Source: Spirochaetia bacterium
GTDB lineage: Bacteria; Spirochaetota; Spirochaetia; SZUA-6; Bin103
Assembly (NCBI GenBank): GCA_965208575.1
Contig: CBDBOV010000005.1
Span: 1,152,001-1,216,000, forward strand
Length of the DNA stretch: 64,000 bases
Direction: 5' to 3'
Below are positions 20,459-30,129 of this stretch, piece by piece (position 1 is the first letter of the stretch; each line of letters starts with the position of its first letter). The translations under genes and the position numbers were made by a program. Under the pieces are notes generated by a model, which was not told the DNA's origin, did not search any database, and was given only the letters and a program-made list of their open reading frames with translations.

Positions 20459-21604
20459 TCAGACTCCGCGCGGACGCGAGCGGTGGCGCTCCACGGCGAG
20501 GTCGATGAGGCGGCGCAGCAACTCCGGGAACGGCAGGCCGCTCGCCTCCCACAGCTTGGCGTACATGCTGATCTCCGTGAAGCCGGGAATGGTGTTGATT
20601 TCGCTGACCAGCAGCTCGCCATCTTCATGGTCGCCGCAGCCGCCGCCACTCCCCGAACTGCGCAGGAAGAAGTCCACGCGCGCCATGCCGTGTATCTCCA
20701 GGGCGGCGCATGCCCGGCACGCGATCTCGCCGGCGCGCGCGTGCTGTTCGTCGGTGAGCGGCGCGGGAATCAGCAGCCGCGCGCCATCGGAGTCCAGGTA
20801 CTTGGCCGCGTAATCGTAGAACGCGTGGCCGCCGCCGGTGACGATCTCGCCCGCCACCGACGCGGTGCGCCGCTCGTTGCCGAGCACCGAGACCTCAAGC
20901 TCGCGTCCCTCGACCGCCTCCTCGATCAGTGCCTTGCGGTCGTGGCGCAACGCGTCCGCCACCGCGCCGGGCAACTGATCGGTGCGAGTCACCCGTTGCA
21001 CCCCCACCGAGGAGCCGAGATTGGCGGGCTTCACGAACAGCGGCAAGCCGAGGCCGGCACAGATGCGCTCGGTGTCGGCGGCGGACGGAGTGTCCCACAC
21101 AACTCTGAAGCGAGCGCTCGCTATCCCGGCGTCGCGCAGGACGCGCTTGGTCATGTCCTTGTCCATCGCCACGGCGGAGCCCAGTACGCCGGCGCCCACG
21201 TAGGGCAACCCGGCCAGCTCCAGGAGCCCCTGCATGGTGCCGTCCTCGCCGAACGGACCGTGCAATACGGGAAAGACCACGTCCAGGTCGGTCATCCGGA
21301 CGGCGTCGGCCAGTTGTTCACCGCGCGGGATCGCGGGTCGCGCCGCGGTCGTCGGCGGCGCCGGCAGGGCGGGAGGAGCACCGGGGCCGGCGGCAATGAA
21401 CATTCGAGCGTCGCCGATCCGCCACACCCCGTCGCGACCGATGTAGATCAGCTTGATGTCGTGGTCGCCCGCGAGGGCGCTTGTCACGGCGTGCGCCGAG
21501 CGCAGCGATATGTCGTGTTCGGCGGACTGCCCGCCGCAGATGACGCCGATGCGAATGGTTCTGCTCCGAGCACCGATTGTCGCGCCGGAGGCCGCGCAGG
21601 TCAA
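20459..21604 (-). CDS. ddl: D-alanine--D-alanine ligase
   Basis: GGQSAEHDIS, HGPFGEDG, VKPANLGSSVG, FYDYAAKY and EINTIPGFT motifs. Start uncertain (TTG 21604 chosen). Confidence 0.93.
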   Translation of the reverse strand: MTCAASGATIGARSRTIRIGVICGGQSAEHDISLRSAHAVTSALAGDHDIKLIYIGRDGVWRIGDARMFIAAGPGAPPALPAPPTTAARPAIPRGEQLADAVRMTDLDVVFPVLHGPFGEDGTMQGLLELAGLPYVGAGVLGSAVAMDKDMTKRVLRDAGIASARFRVVWDTPSAADTERICAGLGLPLFVKPANLGSSVGVQRVTRTDQLPGAVADALRHDRKALIEEAVEGRELEVSVLGNERRTASVAGEIVTGGGHAFYDYAAKYLDSDGARLLIPAPLTDEQHARAGEIACRACAALEIHGMARVDFFLRSSGSGGGCGDHEDGELLVSEINTIPGFTEISMYAKLWEASGLPFPELLRRLIDLAVERHRSRPRGV

Positions 21605-21664
21605 ACCCCCGATTCCCCGTTCGCGGCAGCAACGCCGGCACAGGAATAGGGTATAGTGCGCGGC

Positions 21665-22480
21665 GTGAGAATCAAACAATCAGTGTGTTTTCCGATCTTT
21701 CGGTCGGCGTTTCCATCCCTGGAGGAGCTGTTCGCCGCGGTTGCGGCCAACGGCTACCGTGCGGTGGAGTTCTGGGCCCATCGCGGCCTGTCCGCCGATG
21801 AGGAGTTCGCGGTCGCCGAGGTGGCGTCGCTGGCATCCCGCCACGGCTTGGCCGTGGCGAGCTTCTCCGGGCACGCTTCACTGCCCGACGGCTTCAACGA
21901 CCCCGGCAACCACGACCGCATCGAGTCGGAACTGCGCGCTTCGATCGAGCTCGCCGCGGCGCACGGCGTGCCGGGGTTGATCTGCTTCTCCGGCAACCGG
22001 TTGGACGGGCAGAGCGACTACGAGGGGCTGGTGGAGTGCGCGCGGTTGATGCGCCGCGTGGCGCCGCATGCCGAGCGGCACGGCGTCAACCTCAACATGG
22101 AACTGCTCAACAGCAAGGTGAACCATCCGGGCTACCTGGCGGATCGCAGCGATTGGGGACTGGCGCTGTGCGAGATGGTACGCAGCCCGCGCGTCAAGCT
22201 GTTGTTCGACATCTATCACATGCAGATCATGGAGGGCGACGTAATCCGCTCCATCCGGCGGCTGCTGCCGCTCATCGGGCACTTTCACACCGCCGGCAAC
22301 CCGGGCCGCAACGAGCTCGACGACACGCAGGAGCTCAACTACCGCGGCATCTGCGGCGCCATCGCGGCCACCGACTACGAGCTGTACGTCGGCCACGAGT
22401 TCAACCCGCTCGGCGACCCGGGCGAGGCGCTGCGCACGGCGTTCGCGGCGTGCGACGCGGGCGGCGATCGGGAAGGCTAG
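21665..22480 (+). CDS. Hydroxypyruvate isomerase family TIM-barrel protein
   Basis: ICFSGNR, ELLNSKVNHPGY, LFDIYHMQIMEG, HFHTAGNPGR and GHEF motifs. Confidence 0.9.
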   Translation: MRIKQSVCFPIFRSAFPSLEELFAAVAANGYRAVEFWAHRGLSADEEFAVAEVASLASRHGLAVASFSGHASLPDGFNDPGNHDRIESELRASIELAAAHGVPGLICFSGNRLDGQSDYEGLVECARLMRRVAPHAERHGVNLNMELLNSKVNHPGYLADRSDWGLALCEMVRSPRVKLLFDIYHMQIMEGDVIRSIRRLLPLIGHFHTAGNPGRNELDDTQELNYRGICGAIAATDYELYVGHEFNPLGDPGEALRTAFAACDAGGDREG

Positions 22481-24251
22481 CCCGGAAAGCTCACCAGGGG
22501 GATAGACACGGGGTGGAATTTGTGGTTATCTGTATATGGTAGCAACAAATACAAAGCCACAAGGAACCACCCCGTGGAAACACACTGTACTACAGAACAA
22601 CTGCTATTTGAAGGTCTCGGACGGCGCTCGGTCGTGGGCGCGTTTGATGGCGGTCGGCTGACATCGGACAGCGGCGTGCTGTTGCTCCGCGAAGCTGACC
22701 GGTTATTTGACGTGACCGGCCGACTGGCGGCCTGTTTCACCGACTATCGCGATCCGGAGCGGGTCGAGCATCCCCTTCAGATCCTGATCGCCCAGCGGGT
22801 GCTGGGGCTGGCGGCCGGCTATGAGGACCTCAATGACCATGACCGATTGCGTGACGACAGCGCTCTGGCGTTGGCCACCGGGTGCGCCGATGTGACCGGC
22901 GCGCAGCGCCTGCGCGAACGTGACCGCGGTCACGCCCTGGCCGGGTCCAGCACCTTGAACCGCCTGGAGCTGGGCGATCCAGACACGGCCAAGTGTCATC
23001 GCTACAAGAAGATCCTCGCCGATGGCCGGATCATCGACGACCTGCTGGTGGATCTGTTTCTGGACAGCGAGCGGCGACCGCCGGCACAGGTAGTGCTGGA
23101 TCTGGATGCGACCGATGACCGGTTGCACGGCAACCAGGAAGGCCGCTTCTTCCATGGCTACTACGGCCATTACTGTTATCTGCCGCTGTACATCACCTGT
23201 GGCGAGCATGTGCTGCGCTGCCGTCTGCGCCGCGCCGACTGCGACGCGAGTGACGGAGCGGTGGAGGAACTGACAGTGATAGTGGCGCAGATCCGCCAAC
23301 GCTGGCCGGAGACGAAGATTCTGGTGCGCGGTGACTCGGGATTCTGTCGCGAATCGATCATGGCTTGGTGCGAGGACAACGGCGTCGATTATGTGCTCGG
23401 CTTGGCGCGCAACGCACGCCTGCAGCGGCGCATCGCCAAGGCGCTGCGCAAGTCGCGGCGCCGCAGTGCGGCGAGCGGGAAGGCGTCGCGACGGTTCCGG
23501 GAGTTCCGCTACCGAACGCTGGACTCGTGGAGCCGAAGCCGCCGGGTGGTGGCCAAGGCGGAGTGGCTGCCTGGCACCGGCGGCGGCAATCCGCGCTTCG
23601 TGGTGACCAGCCTCGACCGGCAGACGATTGCCAAGCAGGCCCTCTACGAAGAGCTGTACTGCGCCCGTGGTGACATGGAGAACCGCATCAAGGAGCAGCA
23701 ACTGTGGCTGTTCGCCGACCGTACCTCGACGGCGACGATGCGTGCCAATCAGATACGGCTGTACTTCTCCGCCTTTGCCGGCATCCTGTTGACGATCCTG
23801 CGCCGCGTGGGACTGCAAGGAACCGAGCTTGCCAACGCGCGCTTCGACACCATCCGGGCGCGGCTGATCAAGCTCGCGGGACGTATCAAGGTGTCGGTGC
23901 GCAGGGTACGGATCTCGTTGTCATCGGTATATCCGTTGCAGGAGCTGTTCGCACAGGCGCTCACCGCCCTGCGCGCTGCCCCCGTGTGCGTGGCCCCTGT
24001 GCGCGACGCACCTGGGTAGCCCCGCCACAGCGCCACGAAACTCACTGCAGCAGGTCTGACCAGGGGGAGGTGCGTCCAATTCCGCAGCTTGCAGCGCCTG
24101 TGACTGACCATTACGACCTGATCAGCGGCGCGTGGCACGAAAACCACGCTCGCACCGCCGCCCCACGGCCCCTCCTTGCTCTCTGCACACTTCCGGCGCC
24201 CTCAACTCGGGACCAAATCGGCCAGCCGATCCCCTTGGTGAGCGATGCGGG
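22481..24251 (+). mobile_element. Complete IS1380-family element (1771 bp) with CTAG target duplication
   Basis: Left end CCCGGAAAGCTCACCAGGGGGAT versus right-end reverse complement CCCGCATCGCTCACCAAGGGGAT; CTAG at 22477-22480 and 24252-24255. Confidence 0.93.
22574..24019 (+). CDS. IS1380-family transposase
   Basis: FDGGRLTSDSG, GYEDLND, LDLDATDD..HGNQEG, RGDSGF and YCARGDMENRIKE motifs; GTG start after AAGGAA. Confidence 0.95.
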   Translation: METHCTTEQLLFEGLGRRSVVGAFDGGRLTSDSGVLLLREADRLFDVTGRLAACFTDYRDPERVEHPLQILIAQRVLGLAAGYEDLNDHDRLRDDSALALATGCADVTGAQRLRERDRGHALAGSSTLNRLELGDPDTAKCHRYKKILADGRIIDDLLVDLFLDSERRPPAQVVLDLDATDDRLHGNQEGRFFHGYYGHYCYLPLYITCGEHVLRCRLRRADCDASDGAVEELTVIVAQIRQRWPETKILVRGDSGFCRESIMAWCEDNGVDYVLGLARNARLQRRIAKALRKSRRRSAASGKASRRFREFRYRTLDSWSRSRRVVAKAEWLPGTGGGNPRFVVTSLDRQTIAKQALYEELYCARGDMENRIKEQQLWLFADRTSTATMRANQIRLYFSAFAGILLTILRRVGLQGTELANARFDTIRARLIKLAGRIKVSVRRVRISLSSVYPLQELFAQALTALRAAPVCVAPVRDAPG

Positions 24252-24263
24252 CTAGGCGGGACC

Positions 24264-25319
24264 GTGCCGCGCGCCGGGCCCAAGGCGTGCACGGCTCCGC
24301 TCGGCTGGGGCGTGATTGGCTGCGGCGACGTGGTGGAGCACAAGAGCGGGCCGTCGATCACGGCCGCCGAGCGCAGCCGCATGGCGATCGTGATGCGCCG
24401 CAACGCGCCGGCGGCGCGCGACTTCGCACACCGGCACGCGGTCGCCGAGTGGACCGACGACGCCGCGGCAGTGGTGGGCAACGCGCACGTCGACGTGGTC
24501 TACGTGGCAACCCCGCCCTCCTCCCACCTGCAATACGTGCGTGCCGCGGCGGCGGCCGGCAAGCACGTGCTGGTGGAGAAGCCGATGGCACTGAACGCCG
24601 CCGAGGCGCGCCTCATGGTGGACGCGTGCGCAGGTGCCGGCGTGCAGTTGTTCGTGGCCTACTACCGGCGCTTTCAGCCGCACGTGCTGCGCATGCGGGA
24701 ACTGCTCGCGGCGGGGGCGATCGGCCGGCCGGCGCACGGCTGCGCGGATATCGCGGTGGGGAGTGTCGCGCGCGCGGTTGCCGCGGGGGCGCGCCCGTGG
24801 CGCGCGGATCCGGCGCTCGCGGGCGGCGGCTGGTTCGTCGACATGGCCAGCCATCGCATCGACCTGCTGGTGTGGCTGCTCGGTGCGGTCGACGACGCCG
24901 CCGGGGTGGCCGCGCGCTACCAGCCGGACTTGGCGGTGGAACAGTCCGCGGTCGCCGCGATACGCATGCGTTCCGGGGCGCTGTGCAGCGTGAGCGCCGA
25001 CTTTCACTCCGGGCGCGACGCGGACCGGTTCGCGATCTCCGGTGCGTGCGGCACGCTCACCGCCGACCCGCTGGACGGACATGTCGTAACGCTCGCCACG
25101 GCGGCGGCGAACGAGGAGATCCGGTGCACTCCGTTCCCGGTGCCCCACCTCGGTCTGGTGCGGCACATCGAGGACGTGCTGCTCGACGGTGCGCCCAACC
25201 AGGCGTCCGGCGCCGGTGGCGTAGAAACCGAAACGGTCCTGGACCGCGCCGTGCGCGGGTGTGCGGCCCTGGTGCGGCGGGAGCCCGCCACCGGCGCTGC
25301 GGCGGTCCGACCGATATGA
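24264..25319 (+). CDS. Gfo/Idh/MocA family oxidoreductase
   Basis: WGVIGCG, VYVATPP, KHVLVEKPMA and GGG.FVDMASHRID motifs. Confidence 0.92.
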   Translation: MPRAGPKACTAPLGWGVIGCGDVVEHKSGPSITAAERSRMAIVMRRNAPAARDFAHRHAVAEWTDDAAAVVGNAHVDVVYVATPPSSHLQYVRAAAAAGKHVLVEKPMALNAAEARLMVDACAGAGVQLFVAYYRRFQPHVLRMRELLAAGAIGRPAHGCADIAVGSVARAVAAGARPWRADPALAGGGWFVDMASHRIDLLVWLLGAVDDAAGVAARYQPDLAVEQSAVAAIRMRSGALCSVSADFHSGRDADRFAISGACGTLTADPLDGHVVTLATAAANEEIRCTPFPVPHLGLVRHIEDVLLDGAPNQASGAGGVETETVLDRAVRGCAALVRREPATGAAAVRPI

Positions 25320-25422
25320 GTCGGCAGGGCCGCTCCGTGACAAGGAAAACGCTCAACACCGATGCCCAACGACCGCCCGCCGGCCGGCTGTTTCGGACCA
25401 GGCCCAGGGTCGCCGCAACCCG

Positions 25423-26517
25423 TCACGCCGCCCCCGTGTCGCCCTCGCCTCGGTAGAGCGCGGCGATGCGTGCGGCGATCGGATCCCAGTCGAGCTCTCG
25501 CGTGCGTTGCAGCGCCGCGCGGCGCGCGCCATCGAGGTCCAACGAGCGCGCCGCGGCGAGCGCGCCGGCAAGAGCCCCGTCGTCGGCGGGGTCGTAGAGC
25601 AGTCCCGCGCCGCCGGCCACCAGCTCCGGCAGGCACCCGAGCCGCGGCACGATGAGCGGCTTGCCGAAGCCGAGCGCCTGGATCGCGGACCCGGAGGTGA
25701 GCACCGCCGTGAACGGCAGCACCGCCACGTCCGCGGCGTTGAGGAAGTACTGGAACTCCTCCGCGGGAAAGTAGCGCGACGAGTGAATGCGTATGCGCTC
25801 GTCGTGCGCCGCCAGCGAGCGCAGCTCGGGGATCAGGCCGGGGCTGCGCGCGTTCTCGCGCAGCACCAGCACCAGCACGCCGTCAGCGTCGGCGGCGTGC
25901 CGAAACGCCGCGATCAGGTCGGCCACTCCCTTGTAGCCGCGCGCGTTGCCAAAGAACAGGTAGACGAATTGCGCACCGCCGATCGCCAGCCGTGCCCGCG
26001 CCTGCTGTCGGGTTACGGTGTCGGGAAAGATCCGCACGTAGTTGCCGTGCGGGATTACCGTGACCGGGCGCGGCGGATCGTACAGCGCCTCGATGCGGTC
26101 CGCGGCGAACCGGCAATGGGCGATGACGTGGTCCGCCTCGCGGGCGACCAGGGCGTTCACCAGCCGGTCCAGGTGCGGATAGCGGCGCTCGTGCGGGAAC
26201 AGGTTGTGCACCGTCCAGATCAGCCGGTAGCCGAGCCGGCGGGCATGAATCACGTTCTCGGTAAACTCGGCGAAGCGTTCGCACGCCGCATCCGGGTCGC
26301 GCGGCTCGTCGAAGCGGGCATAGAAGCGGTCCAGCCAGTTGAGGTGCAGCACATCACAGCCGGCGCGCGACCGGTCCAGCCAGGAGCGGGTGAACCGGTA
26401 GTCGCCCTCGGTCAGCTCCACGCCGTGACGGCGCAGGGCGGACGCCAGCAGGGCGCCGTAGGGATTGGCCCGCCCGAGCTCCAGACCGCTTCCCTCCCAG
26501 AAGAACATGCAGCGCAT
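25423..26517 (-). CDS. Glycosyltransferase family 4 (GT-B)
   Basis: NPY, WTVHNL.PHE, VIPHGNY, FFG..RGYKG and LTSGS...ALGFGKPLIVP motifs. Confidence 0.9.
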   Translation of the reverse strand: MRCMFFWEGSGLELGRANPYGALLASALRRHGVELTEGDYRFTRSWLDRSRAGCDVLHLNWLDRFYARFDEPRDPDAACERFAEFTENVIHARRLGYRLIWTVHNLFPHERRYPHLDRLVNALVAREADHVIAHCRFAADRIEALYDPPRPVTVIPHGNYVRIFPDTVTRQQARARLAIGGAQFVYLFFGNARGYKGVADLIAAFRHAADADGVLVLVLRENARSPGLIPELRSLAAHDERIRIHSSRYFPAEEFQYFLNAADVAVLPFTAVLTSGSAIQALGFGKPLIVPRLGCLPELVAGGAGLLYDPADDGALAGALAAARSLDLDGARRAALQRTRELDWDPIAARIAALYRGEGDTGAA

Positions 26518-26522
26518 CGCGG

Positions 26523-28700
26523 TCACGGCAGCGGCATCGTGGCGGGGGCGCGCCCGGGGTCGGCGGCGGCGAGGCGCCACCGGTCTTTGCGTCCGTCCAC
26601 CACAACCTCCAATGTGACGGAGTCGCGCGCGCCACGGTGCACGGTGGCCGCCAACCGGCCGGGACGCGTGCACGGGTGAATCACCGCCACGAACGTGGTG
26701 GCGCGTGCGTACCGGGTGCGTATCAGCGAGTGCAGGCGCTCGCTGGCGGGATTCGACGGCGCCGATCCAATGGTATGGCCCGTTCCCCGCTCGTCCGGGA
26801 ACAACACCTGCAAGACCCCGCCGCGCAACGACCAGTGCACCTCGACCGAGCCGCCGCCGCCATCGCTGCTCACCGCTCGGCGCCGTGCGATGTGCCTCCA
26901 CCCCGGGGCGCGCGGCAAGATGACCGGTGCCTGGTCGTTCAGCGCAGCCCCGTGCAACTCGCGCAGCGTGCCATGCACGTGCAGCAGCCAGTCGATGCGC
27001 CGCCGGGCGGGGCAGCGTACGTGGAACCAGTCGACGAAGTAGGGATCGCGCCAGGTAATCGCCCGCCGCATGGCGACGCCGTCATACACGCCGCTGGAGG
27101 CCCCGGACCATCGGACGTGCGCATCGGCAACCGTGCCCGCTGCGGCGGGTACGCCTCTGGCTCGTGAGGACGGTCGTGAACGCCGGTCCGCCGCGCCGCC
27201 GGTTTGGGGTGCGCCGAAGTGGAGCAGCGTTCCCGTTGCCGGGGGTTGCGACCGGCCGCTGAACAGAACGGTGTTGTGGCTGACCGTCTGCCGGTACCAC
27301 TGCCGATGCAGGTGGATGCCATAGCCCTGGCTGCCGAGATCGGTTGCCGCCGGCGCGCCGCGCGCATACAGGGTAATGGCGAGCTTGTCGGGGTGGCCGT
27401 GCGAGCCACCGTGCGGACCATACTTGAGCAGCACCAGCGACTGCCGGTCGAGCGGGTCCCCGCTGCGCACCACGGCGAAGCCGGAGTGGGGCAGCACGTT
27501 CGACCGCGGGCGGGACAGGCTGCGCGCAGCGCCGGCGCCGTCCGCGGCGACGCGGTCGGGGCCGTGCAGCAGCGCCTCCTCGCTGTCCCGCGCACCATGG
27601 CGGTAGATGGCTGCCAGCAGGTCCCGGAACGCCGGCTGCGGCCACCACCCGGCCGCCATCTCGTACAGTGCGGCGGCCGGCGGCACGCCGTGGCACACCT
27701 CGCCCCACAGCGATGACGACACCCAGCAGTCGTTGCTTGCCGGTAGCCGGCCGTCCGGAAGCACCAGGGTGAGCGGCGCCGTCAACATGGCGGCGAGCCG
27801 CGGCGGCGCCTGCCACGCGGCATCGCGGGCGCGCAGGAAGGCGGCGGTGGTCAGCAGCGCCGCCACGGTGTAGTAGTGATAGCTCGACGAGCCCTCCCAC
27901 CACATCCCGTCACGGCAGGTGCCGGCCTCGATCTGGTGGTGGAAGCCGAATTCGCCATGTATGGCCTGGTCGCGGATCGCGTCGTTGCCGGTTACCGTTG
28001 CCGCCGCTGCCAACGCCGCGATATGCCAGCACTCGATGTTGTGTACACGCCGGAATCGATTCTCGTCGAGGTGAGCAATCGCTTTTCCGAACAGGTCGCG
28101 CTCCGCCATGGTGCGGTGCGCGTCGTCGAGATCAGCGGCCACGAGATCGTAGCAGCGTGCGAGCCGGACGACCAGGTTCGCTTCGTCGAGGGACTGGTAG
28201 GTCGCCTTGCCGCGCCCGTCACCCGCGGCGGAACGGACGGAGCCGACAGGGTAGTGCGGGTAGCGCCGGGCATAACCGGTCAGAATCGCCACAGCGCGCC
28301 GTAGGCAGCGCGCGTCTCCCGACAGGCGCCAGCGCAGGGCGAGCAGCACCGCCGCGCGTCCGAGCAGCAGGTTGGCCCCGAATCGCCACGCGGCGTCGAA
28401 GCGGCGGCCGGACAGCAGTTGCCCGTCCACGGGGCAGCGATGGAGCCGCGGCTGCCCCGGATCGAAGTGCAACTCGATTGCGTGGTGCGGGCAGAAATAG
28501 TCGTGATAGTACCCGGCCGGCTGGTCCGGGGGTTGCAGATCCAGGGCCAGGAATGCATCGGTTTCCTTGGCCAGCCGCCGCCAGGCAGCCTGCAACGGCG
28601 TCGCGCGAGTGCGCCGGAGCGCCCGTTGCAACGTTGCCGAGTCGACCAGCAGGGGCTGGTGGCGGTGGTAACCGAGTGGATGCTCGACCGGTGCGCTCAT
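26523..28700 (-). CDS. Heparinase II/III-family (oligo-alginate lyase-like) polysaccharide lyase
   Basis: HNIECWH, DGMWWEGSSSYHYY, HGGSHGHPDKL and WYRQTVSHNT motifs; no signal peptide apparent. Confidence 0.85.
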   Translation of the reverse strand: MSAPVEHPLGYHRHQPLLVDSATLQRALRRTRATPLQAAWRRLAKETDAFLALDLQPPDQPAGYYHDYFCPHHAIELHFDPGQPRLHRCPVDGQLLSGRRFDAAWRFGANLLLGRAAVLLALRWRLSGDARCLRRAVAILTGYARRYPHYPVGSVRSAAGDGRGKATYQSLDEANLVVRLARCYDLVAADLDDAHRTMAERDLFGKAIAHLDENRFRRVHNIECWHIAALAAAATVTGNDAIRDQAIHGEFGFHHQIEAGTCRDGMWWEGSSSYHYYTVAALLTTAAFLRARDAAWQAPPRLAAMLTAPLTLVLPDGRLPASNDCWVSSSLWGEVCHGVPPAAALYEMAAGWWPQPAFRDLLAAIYRHGARDSEEALLHGPDRVAADGAGAARSLSRPRSNVLPHSGFAVVRSGDPLDRQSLVLLKYGPHGGSHGHPDKLAITLYARGAPAATDLGSQGYGIHLHRQWYRQTVSHNTVLFSGRSQPPATGTLLHFGAPQTGGAADRRSRPSSRARGVPAAAGTVADAHVRWSGASSGVYDGVAMRRAITWRDPYFVDWFHVRCPARRRIDWLLHVHGTLRELHGAALNDQAPVILPRAPGWRHIARRRAVSSDGGGGSVEVHWSLRGGVLQVLFPDERGTGHTIGSAPSNPASERLHSLIRTRYARATTFVAVIHPCTRPGRLAATVHRGARDSVTLEVVVDGRKDRWRLAAADPGRAPATMPLP

Positions 28701-28719
28701 GCTGGTGCCGGGGTGCGCA

Positions 28720-29658
28720 TCAGCGTGACTGTTCGAGAAGCTGCGCAATGATCTCGCGCCCGAAGCGGTACGTGGTGTTGCAGAACAGGCACGTGGTTAC
28801 CACCGGCAGCGGGCCGCGTTCGAGGATGTCTTCCAGTTCGCCGCGTGGCAGTGCGGCCAAGTGGCGGCGAAAGCGATCGGCACTGCAGTGGCACATGAAC
28901 AGCACGCGGCGGCGGGCGAGGATCACGGGCTGATGCGCGCCGAACACCCGCTCGAGCAAGTCCGGCGGTTCCTCGCCGCCGGCGAATGCCGCGCCGATCG
29001 CCGACTCGTCGCGCAGGCGCCGTTCCACTTCGCGCACGCTCGCGTCGCGGGCGCCCGGCAGCGCCTGGATGAAGACTCCCCCGGCGCCGGTCGGGTGGCC
29101 GGCGTCGTCGAAGGATACGCTCAGGTTCAGCGCGCTCGGTGTCTGCTCGGAGGTGGCGTAGTAGTATGCCAGGTCTTCGGCGAGGCTGCCGTAACGCATG
29201 TCCACGACGCCGGTGAAGGGGCTCGCCCCGCCGCGCAGGCGCTTGGTCACCGCCAGGGTGCCGGGGCCGGCGCCGAACAGATCGCGCAGCCGCGGCACGC
29301 CGGCGTCGGCCTGCACGGGGATCGGGTTCCGGCTCAGGTAGCCGCGCACCTCGCCGTGAGCGCTCCCCTCGACGGCAAGCCCGCCGATCGGCCCCGAACA
29401 TTCGATTCTGACGGTGAGACTCTCGGGCGACTTCAGGTTGACGCACATCATGCCGGCCGCCACGTACGCTTGTCCGAGCACCAGCGTCTCCAGCGGACCG
29501 AGGTCATGGTTGGCGCGCATCTCCCCCACCATCCGGGTGGCGTGCAACACGGCGCCACGGATCTGGCCGGAATCGAGCAGGAACTGGTAGAGCTGATCGC
29601 GGCGGTGCGCACGGAGTCGAATCGCAGGCGTGTCGCCCGGCAGGGATCGCTTCTCCAT
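28720..29658 (-). CDS. hslO: Hsp33 redox-regulated chaperone
   Basis: GEVRGY, YYATSEQTPS and GGVFIQALPG motifs; C-terminal Zn motif CHCS...CLFC. Confidence 0.93.
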   Translation of the reverse strand: MEKRSLPGDTPAIRLRAHRRDQLYQFLLDSGQIRGAVLHATRMVGEMRANHDLGPLETLVLGQAYVAAGMMCVNLKSPESLTVRIECSGPIGGLAVEGSAHGEVRGYLSRNPIPVQADAGVPRLRDLFGAGPGTLAVTKRLRGGASPFTGVVDMRYGSLAEDLAYYYATSEQTPSALNLSVSFDDAGHPTGAGGVFIQALPGARDASVREVERRLRDESAIGAAFAGGEEPPDLLERVFGAHQPVILARRRVLFMCHCSADRFRRHLAALPRGELEDILERGPLPVVTTCLFCNTTYRFGREIIAQLLEQSR

Positions 29659-30129
29659 GGTACCTCAGCGCGGGCTCGCGGCCGCCCGAGGACACGCCGT
29701 GCGACCGCCGCCGGAAGCGCCGGCACCGCCGATCGGGTGAGATTTCATCGCCGCATCATAACCTGCAACGGCAGACCGTGGGCGGCATACCGCGAAGCCA
29801 CGTCCCGAGCATTCGCTCGGGCAAGGGTCAGACCGGCGGCCGCTGCGCTCGCGGTGTCCTTGCGGCCGGGTCTGCGGGGCGACTTTCGCGGCCCTGCGCC
29901 TTCTCTGTCCCGACCGGCGGGCGGCGCCGTCGTCATGGCCGTGAACACCAGCGTATGAGCGGGCACTCGGCAATCAGAGTATACACTCACAGCGAGATCA
30001 GGGCCGAGAAATCCTCGTCTTGGGCGCCTCAGGGGCGGATTTCGGCGGCAAAACCTGCACAGAGGGTCAAGAATGACGTGAAGCGGGTCGAAATAGACAA
30101 CGACGATAACCGGTGGATTCCGATCTGCA

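Noticed and set aside
20459-21604. VanA/VanB-type D-Ala-D-Lac ligase
   Set aside because: The omega loop FYDYAAKY is the ordinary D-Ala-D-Ala type and there are no vanH/vanX neighbours.
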